Origin: Candidatus Multivoradales bacterium
GTDB taxonomy: Bacteria; Acidobacteriota; Thermoanaerobaculia; Multivoradales; J023
Reading direction: 5' to 3'
Assembly (NCBI GenBank): GCA_965248925.1
Contig: CBDFLE010000006.1
Location: 160,001 to 224,000 of the forward strand
DNA: 64,000 nt
In this document: one piece after another, positions 1 through 9,727 of the stretch
Layout of the letters: the number at the start of each line of letters is the position of its first letter
Numbering within the stretch: position 1 is the stretch's first letter
Notes under the pieces: generated by a model
Told to the model about the DNA's origin: nothing
What the model saw: the letters and a program-made list of their open reading frames with translations, nothing else
The model's database searches: none
Position numbers and translations under genes: made by a program

Positions 1-469
1 GCGACAAATCGAGTGGCACCGCGGCCGGCATCGCGGTCCAGGCAGGCGCTGCTGCCAATCGCCGCATGGCGGCGATTGGCGTGATGCCGGCAATCGGATC
101 GAGGCCAAAGAGGTAGCCAAAAGCCACCGCGCCAGCCAGCCGGCCATCGATGTAGACCGGACTACCACTCATGCCGCCCAGCACCCCGCTGCGCTCCAGA
201 TCCTGACCCGACAAGCGGGCCAAAATGTAGCTCAACTCCGGCGTTCTGTGGTGCAGCACGCCGAGCACTTCGACTTCGAAGCGGCTCGGCTCGGTGCCCA
301 CGAAGACCGACATGCCGTAGCCCCGCTGTCCGCGTTCGATCTCGGCCAGCGAGATAGTCTCGGTGCTACTCGCCGCGGCCTCACCCAGTACCGGACCGGC
401 CAACAGAAATCCACTACCGACGATTAATATCGTGCAAAGCCCTCTCAGGACTGATCCGCCACGCTGCAT
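1..469 (-). CDS. SpoIVB/peptidase S55 domain protein (5' part, runs off the window)
   Basis: Not in the ORF track. Manual translation from ATG 469 (GGAG RBS): MQRGGSVLRG...GQRGYGMSVFVGTEPSRFEVEVLGV...GVLGGMSGSPVYIDGRLAGAVAFG, the S55 motif. Confidence 0.85.
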   Translation of the reverse strand, partial: MQRGGSVLRGLCTILIVGSGFLLAGPVLGEAAASSTETISLAEIERGQRGYGMSVFVGTEPSRFEVEVLGVLHHRTPELSYILARLSGQDLERSGVLGGMSGSPVYIDGRLAGAVAFGYLFGLDPIAGITPIAAMRRLAAAPAWTAMPAAVPLDLS

Positions 470-546
470 GTTGCTCCCACCACCTAGCGGCCGGCGACGC
501 TGCCGAGCCACTGCCTGTGTAGTTCGTCTGAAAGGGTGCTGAGGTT

Positions 547-1209
547 TCATTTCCGTGGTCCAGCGCCAGCCGGCGACAATCCCCAGGCGGCCGGCAATTC
601 GACCGCTCCGCGGCGCAGCAGGCGCCAGCCCGACGGCTCCCATGCCACCACCGTCGAGGGAAGCCCCCCCGGCAACTCGCCATCGTCGATGATCGCCGTC
701 GGCCGATCAGCCCCTTCTCGTGCCAGCCAGGACTCGAGTTCCGCCGGTTGGCAAATGGGCGCTTGGCCCGCCGCGTTAGCGCTGGTCGAGGTCAGCGGAC
801 CAAGCTCGCGCAGCAATTCACGCAGCCGGCGATGGGCAGGTACCCGCACTGCCAGTCGGCTCGAAAGCGAACTGGCTGGCAGCTGCTGGTCGAGCGGCAA
901 CACGGCGGTCAGCGCCGCTGGCCACAGCGCCACCAGCGAGTCGAGCACCGAGGCTGGTACGCGCAGACCGAGACCCTCCAACTGCGCCGCATCGGCCGCC
1001 ACCACCAGAAGCGGTTTCTGCGCCGGCCGGCGCTTGAGCCGGTAGATCGCCGCCACCGCCGCCGCCGAGGAGGGATCGGCAGCCAAGCCGTAACTCGACT
1101 CGCTGGGAATGGCCAGCAGTCCGTCAGCCACCAGGACGCGGCGCAGCAGGGTCGGCGAATCTCCCCAACACCAGCGCACCGGGCTAAATTGACTCTCAGG
1201 CACCGGCAA
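547..1209 (-). CDS. tsaC: L-threonylcarbamoyladenylate synthase (Sua5/YrdC family)
   Basis: PSESSYGL, IYRLKRRPAQKPL, LAVRVP, STSANAAG, PSTVV motifs; overlaps the recN stop. Confidence 0.85.
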   Translation of the reverse strand: MPVPESQFSPVRWCWGDSPTLLRRVLVADGLLAIPSESSYGLAADPSSAAAVAAIYRLKRRPAQKPLLVVAADAAQLEGLGLRVPASVLDSLVALWPAALTAVLPLDQQLPASSLSSRLAVRVPAHRRLRELLRELGPLTSTSANAAGQAPICQPAELESWLAREGADRPTAIIDDGELPGGLPSTVVAWEPSGWRLLRRGAVELPAAWGLSPAGAGPRK

Positions 1210-2917
1210 TCAGCTCGCGAGCGTGTTGCAGCGACAACTCGGTTACTTCGCTACCCCCCAACATACGGGCAATCTCCGCTGCTCGAACTTGGTCGTCTAG
1301 ATGTAGCAGCTCGGTGTGGGTGCGGCCTCCGCGCACTACCTTGCTAGCCTTGTAGTGGAGATCGGCGCAACTGGCCACCTGTGGCAGGTGAGTCACCGCC
1401 AGAATCTGACCGCCTTGAGCCAGCCGACGTAACTTGCTGCCCAAGGCAGCCGCCTCGGCACCGCCAACGCCGGCGTCGACCTCGTCGAACACCATCGTCG
1501 AAGAAGTGGCCGCCGCTGCGCTGACGCCGCTAGTACCGCGCGATGCCAATTGCACCGCCAGGTAAAGCCGCGACAGCTCGCCGCCGGAAGCCACCTTGGC
1601 CAGCGGTCGTAAATCCTCCCCGGGGTTGGGCGAGAAACGGTAGACCACCTGATCGTAGCCATGCTCGCCGAACTCGGTCTCCACCCCGTCGATCTGCAAC
1701 CGGCTACCGGCGCGGCGACGGCACTCCAGGGTGACCGCGAAACGAGCACGCTCAAGGGCCAGCTCGGCCAGTTCGCCGCGCACCGCCTGCTCCAGCTTGC
1801 CAGCCCAGCGGCGGCGCGCGGTGGAAAGCTTAGTAGCCGCCTCACGATAGGCTGCAAACGCTTCCCCGAGCTCTTTGTCCAGAGCCTCGCGGCTGTGCTC
1901 GTCACCACTCAGCTCGCCTAGCTCGGCCGCCAATTCAGCCCGCCGCTCGAGCACCGCGGTACATGTCTCGCCGTATTTGCGCAGCAGCCGTTCGAGTTCC
2001 GCCAAGCGGCCTTCGATCTCGTTCAGCCGGCCAGGCTCGGACTCCACTCGATCAAGCCGGCGACCGAGGGTGGTCTCGAGTTCGCCGACCCGAATGCGCA
2101 GCTCTTCGAGCTCCGCCGCCCAAGCCTCCGCTTGCGGTTCCCAGACAGCGATGCCAGCGAGCTGCTGGCCGGCTCGCTGCAAGGTTTCATAGGCCGACTC
2201 GTCCTGCTCGGAAAGGGCTTCCACCGCACCCGAAAGAGCTTGCTGGATGGCCTCTGAGTGGCGCAGCACCTGGCGCTCGGCGCGCAGCTCCTGATCTTCG
2301 CCGGGGCTCATCTCGGCGCTGTCGATCTCGGCAATCTGAAAACGTAGAAAATCGGCCCGCTCGGCCAGCGCCCGCTGATCGCCCGAGACTTCGGCCAGAC
2401 GGTCAGCCAGCTGGCGATAGCGAGCGCAGGCAGTAGCGGTGCGCGCGAGCAGTCTGCTCCCCGCGACTCCACCACAGCGATCGAGCCAGGCGCGTTGCAG
2501 ATCGGGCGCCACCAGGCCGAGTTCCTCACGCTGACCGTGAATGCGGATCAGCGGCGCGGTGATCTCACTGAGCAGTCTGAGGGTCACCGGCTGATCGTTG
2601 ACGAACACCCGATTGCGGCCGGCGCGGCCAATCTCGCGCCGCACCATCAGTTGATCGCCGGCCTCGACCCCGACCGCTTGCAAACGGTCGCGCCAATCCT
2701 CAGCCGGCGGCTCGAAGACCCCGCTGACGGTCAGTGAGCTGGCACCAGTGCGGATCAGATCGGTACTGGCGCGGGCACCGGCCAACAAGGCCAGAGAATC
2801 GACCACGATCGACTTACCGGCACCGGTCTCGCCGCTGATGACGTTGAAACCAGGGCCGAACTCGATCGCCGCCTCGGCCAGCACGGCCAGGTTGCGGATG
2901 TGTAGATCACGCAGCAT
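1196..2917 (-). CDS. recN: DNA repair protein RecN
   Basis: SGETGAGKS Walker A, ASGGELSR signature, FDEVDAGVGG, VTHLPQVA. Confidence 0.97.
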   Translation of the reverse strand: MLRDLHIRNLAVLAEAAIEFGPGFNVISGETGAGKSIVVDSLALLAGARASTDLIRTGASSLTVSGVFEPPAEDWRDRLQAVGVEAGDQLMVRREIGRAGRNRVFVNDQPVTLRLLSEITAPLIRIHGQREELGLVAPDLQRAWLDRCGGVAGSRLLARTATACARYRQLADRLAEVSGDQRALAERADFLRFQIAEIDSAEMSPGEDQELRAERQVLRHSEAIQQALSGAVEALSEQDESAYETLQRAGQQLAGIAVWEPQAEAWAAELEELRIRVGELETTLGRRLDRVESEPGRLNEIEGRLAELERLLRKYGETCTAVLERRAELAAELGELSGDEHSREALDKELGEAFAAYREAATKLSTARRRWAGKLEQAVRGELAELALERARFAVTLECRRRAGSRLQIDGVETEFGEHGYDQVVYRFSPNPGEDLRPLAKVASGGELSRLYLAVQLASRGTSGVSAAAATSSTMVFDEVDAGVGGAEAAALGSKLRRLAQGGQILAVTHLPQVASCADLHYKASKVVRGGRTHTELLHLDDQVRAAEIARMLGGSEVTELSLQHARELIAGA

Positions 2918-2941
2918 GAGAAGAGACGGTTCGAACTCGTC

Positions 2942-3925
2942 TCAGGCGGGATCGGCGCCGGCACTCACTCGATCGCGCCCTGAGCGTTTGGAGCGGTAGA
3001 GTTCACGATCGGCAGCCTCGTAAAGTTCTGACGGGCCGACGAACTCAGAGGAGTAGGCGTGAACGCCGAAAGAGCAGGTGACACTGAGTTCGGCGCCGCT
3101 GTAGGAAAACGTCTCTTCGGCAATGGCCAGGCGCAAGTCTTCGGCCAAGTCGATCGCCGTTGCTAGTTCCATCTCCGGTGCCAAGACGGCGAACTCTTCA
3201 CCACCGACACGAGCGAAAATCTGCTCCGCGCTGAGCCGGCGCCGCACCAGCCGTGAGATCTGCTGCAACACGAAATCGCCACAGAGATGGCCGAAGGTAT
3301 CGTTGACCTGTTTGAAGTGATCAATGTCGAAGAGCACCAAGCAGAGGGGCCGTTGGTGCCGCCGGGCACGATCAAACTCGCGCCGCAGCTCTTCTTTCAA
3401 TTTACGCTGATTGAAGGCCTGGGTCAGGCCATCGCAGACTACCAGCTGGTGAATCGCTTCGTGGTAAGCGTGCTCCGGATCGCGCTCGTGCAAGAATTTG
3501 AAATGCACCGCGCCGACCTGGAAACGGTCGCCACTGCGCAACACCTGGCAACCCTCGACCGGCAAGTCGTTGACGTAGGTGCCGTTGGTGCTGCTCAGAT
3601 CCTCGATCTCCACCCGCTTGCCGCGGTGGATCAAGCGGGCGTGGCGACGGGAGATCGAGCGCACGTCAGGGAGGCTGATTTCGACATCTGTCGAGCGGCC
3701 GATTTCCATCGTGTTCATCGGCCTCACGCTGTAGCGCGTGCCCAGCGGCTTTTCATCCGGATGGGCGATCAAAATAACATCGGCCTCGGCCGCCTCCTCG
3801 CCGTCCTGATCGCCAGCGCCAGCGCCTCCCTGCCGAGCACGCAGGATCAGCGAACTCAGATCGAGGGTTGTTTCCTCGCTGTAGGGGGGGCGCCGTGGCG
3901 ACTCGGGTTTGGGTTTCGGGGTCAT
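2942..3925 (-). CDS. FHA-domain diguanylate cyclase (FHA-GGDEF)
   Basis: FHA motifs IGRS, SRRHA, DLSSTNGT; then DGLT, DIDHFKQVNDTFGHLCGD, RVGGEEF. Start uncertain (3925 or 3997). Confidence 0.9.
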   Translation of the reverse strand: MTPKPKPESPRRPPYSEETTLDLSSLILRARQGGAGAGDQDGEEAAEADVILIAHPDEKPLGTRYSVRPMNTMEIGRSTDVEISLPDVRSISRRHARLIHRGKRVEIEDLSSTNGTYVNDLPVEGCQVLRSGDRFQVGAVHFKFLHERDPEHAYHEAIHQLVVCDGLTQAFNQRKLKEELRREFDRARRHQRPLCLVLFDIDHFKQVNDTFGHLCGDFVLQQISRLVRRRLSAEQIFARVGGEEFAVLAPEMELATAIDLAEDLRLAIAEETFSYSGAELSVTCSFGVHAYSSEFVGPSELYEAADRELYRSKRSGRDRVSAGADPA

Positions 3926-4044
3926 CAGCTGCTCAAATTTTTCCTCGTCGGCAGGAGCAGAAAGCTGCAAAGAAATCCTGCACTGGTGCAAGAACAAGCC
4001 TACAGGCGGCGGTCGAGACCGTCAACGCGGCTGGTGCCTTGCCG

Positions 4045-4866
4045 CTAGCCGTCGACCAGCTCGGCCGAGCGTCGGGCAGCCTCGACGACCGCTTTGATCA
4101 GGGTCACCCGCAACCCCCCCTCCTCGAGCTTCAGGATGCCATCGACGGTGCAACCCGCCGGGGTGGTGACTTCGTCCTTGAGCAACGCCGGATGCTCGCC
4201 GGTCTTCAGCACCATGGCTGCGGCGCCAAAACAAGTTTGGGCGGCCAGTTCAATAGCCACCGCGCGGGGCAAGCCGACCTTGACCCCTCCCTCCGCCAAC
4301 GCCTCGATAACGATGTAGATGAAAGCTGGCCCGCTGGCCGAGAGGCCGGTGACGGCATTGAAGTAACGCTCTTCCAGCACCAGAGAGTGGCCGACAGCGG
4401 CAAACAGCTCGCGCACCATCTCGACCTGCTCTGCTTGGGCATGGCGGCCGCCGCACACCGCCGTCATCCCGCGACCGATACGGCTCGGAGTGTTGGGCAT
4501 CGCCCGCGCCACCGCCACTTGCCGCCCACCGAGCCGGGCTTCGATGGCGGCCGTCGACAGGCCAGCGATGATCGACACCAACAGCTGGCCGTGATCGAGA
4601 CTGTCGGCGATCTCCTCCAGCACGGTATCGGCAACCTGCGGTTTGACGCATAGCAAGACGACATCAGCAGCGGCCACCGCCTGCCGGTTGTCGCTGGTGG
4701 TGGCGATGCCAAAACGCTCGGCGAGGCGCCCCAAGCGTTCCTCGTGCAGCGCCGTGGCAACGATTCTCTCGGCCTCGGCGGTACCGGCGGCGAGCAAAGC
4801 CGAAATCAGATTCTCACCCATCTTGCCGGCGCCGAGCACGGCCAGGCGGAGGCTGTTGGAACTCAT
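4045..4866 (-). CDS. proC: Pyrroline-5-carboxylate reductase
   Basis: GAGKMG Rossmann motif, VKPQ, RAMPNTP, SASGPAF, VTTPAGCT. Confidence 0.96.
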   Translation of the reverse strand: MSSNSLRLAVLGAGKMGENLISALLAAGTAEAERIVATALHEERLGRLAERFGIATTSDNRQAVAAADVVLLCVKPQVADTVLEEIADSLDHGQLLVSIIAGLSTAAIEARLGGRQVAVARAMPNTPSRIGRGMTAVCGGRHAQAEQVEMVRELFAAVGHSLVLEERYFNAVTGLSASGPAFIYIVIEALAEGGVKVGLPRAVAIELAAQTCFGAAAMVLKTGEHPALLKDEVTTPAGCTVDGILKLEEGGLRVTLIKAVVEAARRSAELVDG

Positions 4867-4885
4867 CGAAATCTCCTCACTGACG

Positions 4886-5803
4886 TCAATTGCCCTTCAG
4901 GAAGGACCGCAGCACATGGCCAGCGACCTCCGGATTCTCGCGCAGACGGCGCAGCGAATAGAGGTACCAATCGCGGCCGTAGGGCACGTAGACCCGCAGC
5001 CGGTGACCAGCGGCGAGCAAAATGCGCCGCAGCTCCTGCTCGACACCGAGCAACATTTGAAACTCGTAGCGATCCGCCGGCACCTTTAACTGGTCGAGCA
5101 GAGCCACCGCGCCGCAGACCAGGTACTCGTCGTGGGTGGCGATGCCGACATAGACCCCGCGGCGGAGCAGTTGCTCGAGCGCCGCCAGGTAATTCAGGCG
5201 TACCGTTTGGTAGCCCTTCCAGGCGTCCTGCCGGGGTTCGATGTAGATCCCTTTGCACAGTCGTACATTGGCGCCCGCGCTGGGCAACTCAGCAATATCT
5301 TGCAGCGTGCGTCGCATGTAGGCTTGGAACACCACCCCCAGCCGACCGCGCGGTCCGGGATCGTGACGCCGGTGGATTTCGCGGTAAATGCGCAAGGTGG
5401 CGTCGGTGGTCCGGCGATCCTCCATATCAATTCGAACAAAACCATCAGCCCGCGCCGCCGACCGCTCCACTAGACCGGCGATGTTGTCGCGGCAGAAAGT
5501 CTCGTCCAGATCGAGCCCAAGCTGAGTGGGCTTGACCGAGATATTGCAGCGCAGATCGTGCTCCTCGATCGCCGCCAACACTCGCTGGTACTCGCCGACC
5601 GCGGCAGTCGCTTGGGCACGGTCCTGGATTTCTTCACCGAGCAGATCCACGGTCACCAAGGCCCCCTCCGCATTCAGTCGGCGGATCGTCTCCACCGCCT
5701 GCTCGACGGTCTCGCCAGCAACATAGCGCCGCGCCACCCAGCCGACCATTGGCTTTGGCACCAGCGGCAGAGTGGTGACCAGGATGCGATTGAATAAGCT
5801 CAT
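4886..5803 (-). CDS. Monofunctional proline dehydrogenase
   Basis: YVAGET, ISVKPTQLG, RIDMED, RLCKGIY, ATHD, EFQMLLG, YVPYG..W..Y..RRLRENP. Confidence 0.95.
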   Translation of the reverse strand: MSLFNRILVTTLPLVPKPMVGWVARRYVAGETVEQAVETIRRLNAEGALVTVDLLGEEIQDRAQATAAVGEYQRVLAAIEEHDLRCNISVKPTQLGLDLDETFCRDNIAGLVERSAARADGFVRIDMEDRRTTDATLRIYREIHRRHDPGPRGRLGVVFQAYMRRTLQDIAELPSAGANVRLCKGIYIEPRQDAWKGYQTVRLNYLAALEQLLRRGVYVGIATHDEYLVCGAVALLDQLKVPADRYEFQMLLGVEQELRRILLAAGHRLRVYVPYGRDWYLYSLRRLRENPEVAGHVLRSFLKGN

Positions 5804-5954
5804 CTGTCAGGTAGCTCTCCGAAGTCAGGATTCGGAGGCGGATGTTAGCAGCCACGGCGGGATTCGAGTCACTTTCCCAGTGATCGAAGGGCCGCCATCG
5901 CCAAGCGCCGGACAGGGTATTCGCGGCGATCCTGAGTCCAGGTAGGATCCGACC

Positions 5955-6962
5955 ATGAAAGTCCTCAAATCCTGCCTCTTGATCTTGCTGCTCTTGCTGC
6001 TAGCGGCCGCCCTGCTGTGGCGCTGGTGGGACCGAGAGCCCACTGCCGAAGCGCCGCCCGAGACTCCCCCCGAGCAGGTCGCGCGACCGGCAGAGCCCAG
6101 CGCTCTGGTAGTGGTGCGCAAGACCGGCCCGCGGCCAGCCAAGACAGCGCGAGCCGCGGATCTCGCCACCGCCCGCACCTTTCTCAGCAATGGCGGGCAG
6201 CTCCCCTCCTGCGGCCCCTACGGATTGCTGACCGATGTCGAAGATAGCCAGTTGATCGCTGCTTGCCAGCGGCTCACCGACCGGCTCGACGAAACCTACG
6301 AGCAGCGCTATGGCGTGCGCCCGATCGGTCAGCCAGCCGAGACCATCCTGCTATTTAGCCGGCTCCAGGACTTTCGCGCTTTCAATGCCAGCGGCGCCGT
6401 CGGCAGCGCGAAGAGGGGCTACGCCGGCCACGCTATCCCTAGTCGGGGTTTGGTCGTGCTGCATGCAGAGACCGGCAGCCGCCTAGCTACCCTGCGCACC
6501 TTGCTGCACGAACTCACCCACCTGCTCAACCGCCGCGCCGTTGGCACCGAGCTACCGCGTTGGTTGGCGGAGGGTCTAGCCGACGGCATTGGCGACACCG
6601 CCACCGCAGACGGCCTGCTGCCGCTCACCGCGGTACGCGGCTCAGAAGGCGAAGCGTGCCGATTGCAACTCGGCTACCGCAGCGGCCAAGCTGAGGCGGT
6701 CAGCCGCCTGCTGACCCTCGCAAGCACATCGTTCGACCGCGGAGTCGTGTCCTTCGACTACGAACAGAGCGCCTTCCTGGTGCGCTTTCTGCTCGCCGAG
6801 CCAGCGCTGGCACCTCCCTTTCGCCGGCTGTTGAGGACCTTGGCAAGCGGTACTCCCTACTCTGAACTCGAGTTGCCAGCAGAGCTCGGCGTCGCTTCCC
6901 AGACCCTTGATCAACGCTTCGAGGACTGGATTCTCGGTCACCGCCTTGCTTGCACGACCTAG
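5955..6962 (+). CDS. Membrane-anchored zinc metallopeptidase-like protein (peptidase MA/DUF1570-like)
   Basis: N-terminal hydrophobic anchor; LHELTH plus downstream PRWLAEGLAD. Confidence 0.7.
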   Translation: MKVLKSCLLILLLLLLAAALLWRWWDREPTAEAPPETPPEQVARPAEPSALVVVRKTGPRPAKTARAADLATARTFLSNGGQLPSCGPYGLLTDVEDSQLIAACQRLTDRLDETYEQRYGVRPIGQPAETILLFSRLQDFRAFNASGAVGSAKRGYAGHAIPSRGLVVLHAETGSRLATLRTLLHELTHLLNRRAVGTELPRWLAEGLADGIGDTATADGLLPLTAVRGSEGEACRLQLGYRSGQAEAVSRLLTLASTSFDRGVVSFDYEQSAFLVRFLLAEPALAPPFRRLLRTLASGTPYSELELPAELGVASQTLDQRFEDWILGHRLACTT

Positions 6963-7072
6963 CGACGTCCAGGCCCAGGAACTGCGGTAAGCTAGATGGC
7001 CGCCTAGCTCTTCGATAACCCGTCTCGGGGAGCCGTCTCAAAGATTCAATTGACCGCCTAGGAGTCTGCTCC

Positions 7073-7879
7073 ATGCGCCACCCACCCAAAGCAACCGCCA
7101 TCGCCCTTGGCCTTCTCTTCACCTGTCTGTTGCCCCTGACAGCCAGCGCCGAAAGCGCCCAATGGCTCGACAAGCTGGGACAGCTCTACGAGCGCGGCCC
7201 GTTCTCCTTCGATTACACCATGGACATGAAGATCGAGCAGCAGGGGCAGCAGATGACCATGAACGGCCACGGTGAAATGCTCTACGGCGCCAACCGGCAG
7301 ATGCGCATGCACCTCGTAATGTCGATGGCTATCCCCGGCATGCCCGAGCCGATGGAGATGGTTGTCGACAGTGTCAATGATGGAGAGCACACCTGGACCG
7401 AAATCGAACATCCGATGATGGGCAAGCAGGTGATCAAGGTCTCCGCCGCTGACGCCCAACGCAGCAGCGCCAAATCAGGGCTGATGAACGGTCTTGGTAC
7501 CACCAACTCCGATCCGCTGTCGCAAATCGGTAAGTTGCGCGAGATGTTCGATCTGCTGGAGTCTGGCGGCGCAGACGGCTTGGTGGTGCTCAAAGGGCCG
7601 ATGAAAGAGGAAGCCCGCGATGAATTGGGGCCAGCAGCGGCTCTATTCGGCGATGGCAGCGAGTTAGAGCTGCACTTGAATCGCGACACCGGCTTCCCGA
7701 CGCTGGTGACCTTGGGCCAGCCCGGGACGCCGGTCCTAACCATGCGGACGACAAACCTCGAATTCCTCAGCCAGAAAGAGATCGACGCCGATGCTTTCGC
7801 CTACACCGTGCCTGAAGGAGTCAATGTGGTCGAACCGCTAGCCGAAAAGAGCCCCGCCCCGGCGGCTGGTGGTCGCTAG
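7073..7879 (+). CDS. Secreted LolA-like (lipoprotein carrier fold) protein
   Basis: Signal peptide, VNDGEHTWT motif, C-terminal IDADAFAYTVPEGVNVVE typical of LolA-like proteins. Confidence 0.6.
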   Translation: MRHPPKATAIALGLLFTCLLPLTASAESAQWLDKLGQLYERGPFSFDYTMDMKIEQQGQQMTMNGHGEMLYGANRQMRMHLVMSMAIPGMPEPMEMVVDSVNDGEHTWTEIEHPMMGKQVIKVSAADAQRSSAKSGLMNGLGTTNSDPLSQIGKLREMFDLLESGGADGLVVLKGPMKEEARDELGPAAALFGDGSELELHLNRDTGFPTLVTLGQPGTPVLTMRTTNLEFLSQKEIDADAFAYTVPEGVNVVEPLAEKSPAPAAGGR

Positions 7880-7989
7880 ACAGCTAGTGACAAAGGTTTG
7901 ACCTCCGCAAGGTCACCAGGTTGCAACAATCGTAGGGTCTCGGGCATCGCTCGCTTTCACTCGCTTCACAACTGTTCGGAGAACTCACC

Positions 7990-8466
7990 ATGACGCCACG
8001 CAAACTGCTCATCGCCACCAGCGGCCTGATCTTCGGCACTCTGATCGCGGTGTCGATCGCCTTTTCACTCACCGCCACCGAACATCCGCTGTCGTTCGAC
8101 GATGTCAAGGCGTCGACCCACCGCTTCATTGGCCTGGAATCGTCTATCCAGCTCACTAGCGCTCAAGAAGCGATCAAGAAAGAGGCCCTCGAAGCCCTGC
8201 CGGCTCCTTGTTGCAGCGACAACACCGCCTACACCTGCTGCTGTCCCTGCAATATGTCGCTGTCGATCTGGGGTCTGTCGAACCTGCTGATCACCGAGCA
8301 CGGCTACGACGCCGCCCAGGTGCGGGCCAAGGTCAAGGAGTGGATCCACGAGATCAATCCCGACGGCTTCAGCGGCGAAGTTTGCTACACCGGCGGCTGC
8401 CTGCGCCCGTTCGCCGCCAACGGCTGTGGCGGCATGGCCCGCGGCCGGGTGACCTGGGATAGCTGA
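7990..8466 (+). CDS. Exported cysteine-rich hypothetical protein
   Basis: GGAG RBS, N-terminal hydrophobic segment, 9 Cys (PCC, CCCPC, CY, GC, GCGGM). Confidence 0.7.
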   Translation: MTPRKLLIATSGLIFGTLIAVSIAFSLTATEHPLSFDDVKASTHRFIGLESSIQLTSAQEAIKKEALEALPAPCCSDNTAYTCCCPCNMSLSIWGLSNLLITEHGYDAAQVRAKVKEWIHEINPDGFSGEVCYTGGCLRPFAANGCGGMARGRVTWDS

Positions 8467-8468
8467 GT

Positions 8469-9410
8469 TCAGCCAGCTTGGGCGGCTGGTGCCCGCAGTT
8501 CGCGGCCCACATGCTCGTGGGCATGGTAGGAGCTGCGCACCAGCGGACCCGACACACAGTGATTGAATCCCAGCTTGAGAGCGAAGCGGCGATAGTCGTC
8601 GAACTCAGCCGGCGGCACGTAGCGAGCGACCGGCAGATGCTGCGAAGTGGGCTGCAGGTACTGACCGATCGCCAGCACTTCCACCCCGGCAGCGCGAATC
8701 TCGCCAATAGTGCTCAGCAGTTCCTCGCGGGTTTCGCCAATACCCACCATCAGACTGGTCTTGATCACCCCGTCATAGGTGCCCGCGTCACGCCGCCGGG
8801 CGGCTTCCGAGAGTAGGGCCAGACTGCGCTGGTACTTGCTGCCAGGGCGAGCCTCGCGGTAGAGCCGGGGCACCGTTTCCATATTGTGGGAGAAGATCTC
8901 CGGCCGCGCCCCGAGAACGATGTCCAGGGCGTCGGGGACTTGGCGAAAATCCGGGGTCAGAACCTCCACTCCGGTATGTGGATTGCGTCGATGCACCGCT
9001 TCGATCACCGCCGCCCAATGGCCGGCGCCGCCATCCACCAGATCATCGCGATCCACCGAGGTGATCACCGCGTGGCGCAGGGTCATCGCCTCGACCGCTG
9101 CGGCCACATGCTCCGGTTCCTCCACATCCACCGCCTCCGGTTTGCCAGTCTTGACCGAGCAGAAACCACAGCGCCGGGTGCAAGTGTCGCCGAGGATCAT
9201 GAAGGTAGCGGTACCGTGCTCGCCCCAGCACTCATAGATGTTGGGACACCTCGCCTCCTGGCAGACGGTGTTGAGCTTCAGCTTCTTGACCAGCGATTGG
9301 ACTTCGCGATAGCGCTTCGGCGTCGCCAGGCGAATACGTAGCCAATCCGGCCGCCGCTGCCGCGGCGGACGCTGGGCGCTCGGAGCGCCGATCTTGACGA
9401 GATTTTCCAT
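8469..9410 (-). CDS. lipA: Lipoyl synthase
   Basis: TVCQEARCPNIYECW, CTRRCGFC radical-SAM motif, GQYLQP, VRSSYHA. Confidence 0.97.
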   Translation of the reverse strand: MENLVKIGAPSAQRPPRQRRPDWLRIRLATPKRYREVQSLVKKLKLNTVCQEARCPNIYECWGEHGTATFMILGDTCTRRCGFCSVKTGKPEAVDVEEPEHVAAAVEAMTLRHAVITSVDRDDLVDGGAGHWAAVIEAVHRRNPHTGVEVLTPDFRQVPDALDIVLGARPEIFSHNMETVPRLYREARPGSKYQRSLALLSEAARRRDAGTYDGVIKTSLMVGIGETREELLSTIGEIRAAGVEVLAIGQYLQPTSQHLPVARYVPPAEFDDYRRFALKLGFNHCVSGPLVRSSYHAHEHVGRELRAPAAQAG

Positions 9411-9727
9411 GGCTTTGAGTCTCGATGAGTGTCGCGGACCGTGAATCGCAATTTTACAGGCGGGTCAATCAGCAGATCCAGGCGCTAGTCTAGCGGATCT
9501 CACCCTCAGAAACCGTCCAGCGTTCTCTGTGAATCTAAGGATGCGTGGCGCAAATAAGGCGGTAAAACAATTGACAGAGCCTACCTTTTGTGCTCAGATG
9601 GCCTCGCGGGCATGCGCTGGATACAACCTGTGGTCGTCGGTTACGGCGGCAACCCCAGAGCGGGTGGGATCCTCAGGCCATGGGCCTGCACTAGCTTTCG
9701 GAAGACGAATACACTCTCAATTCTCCT

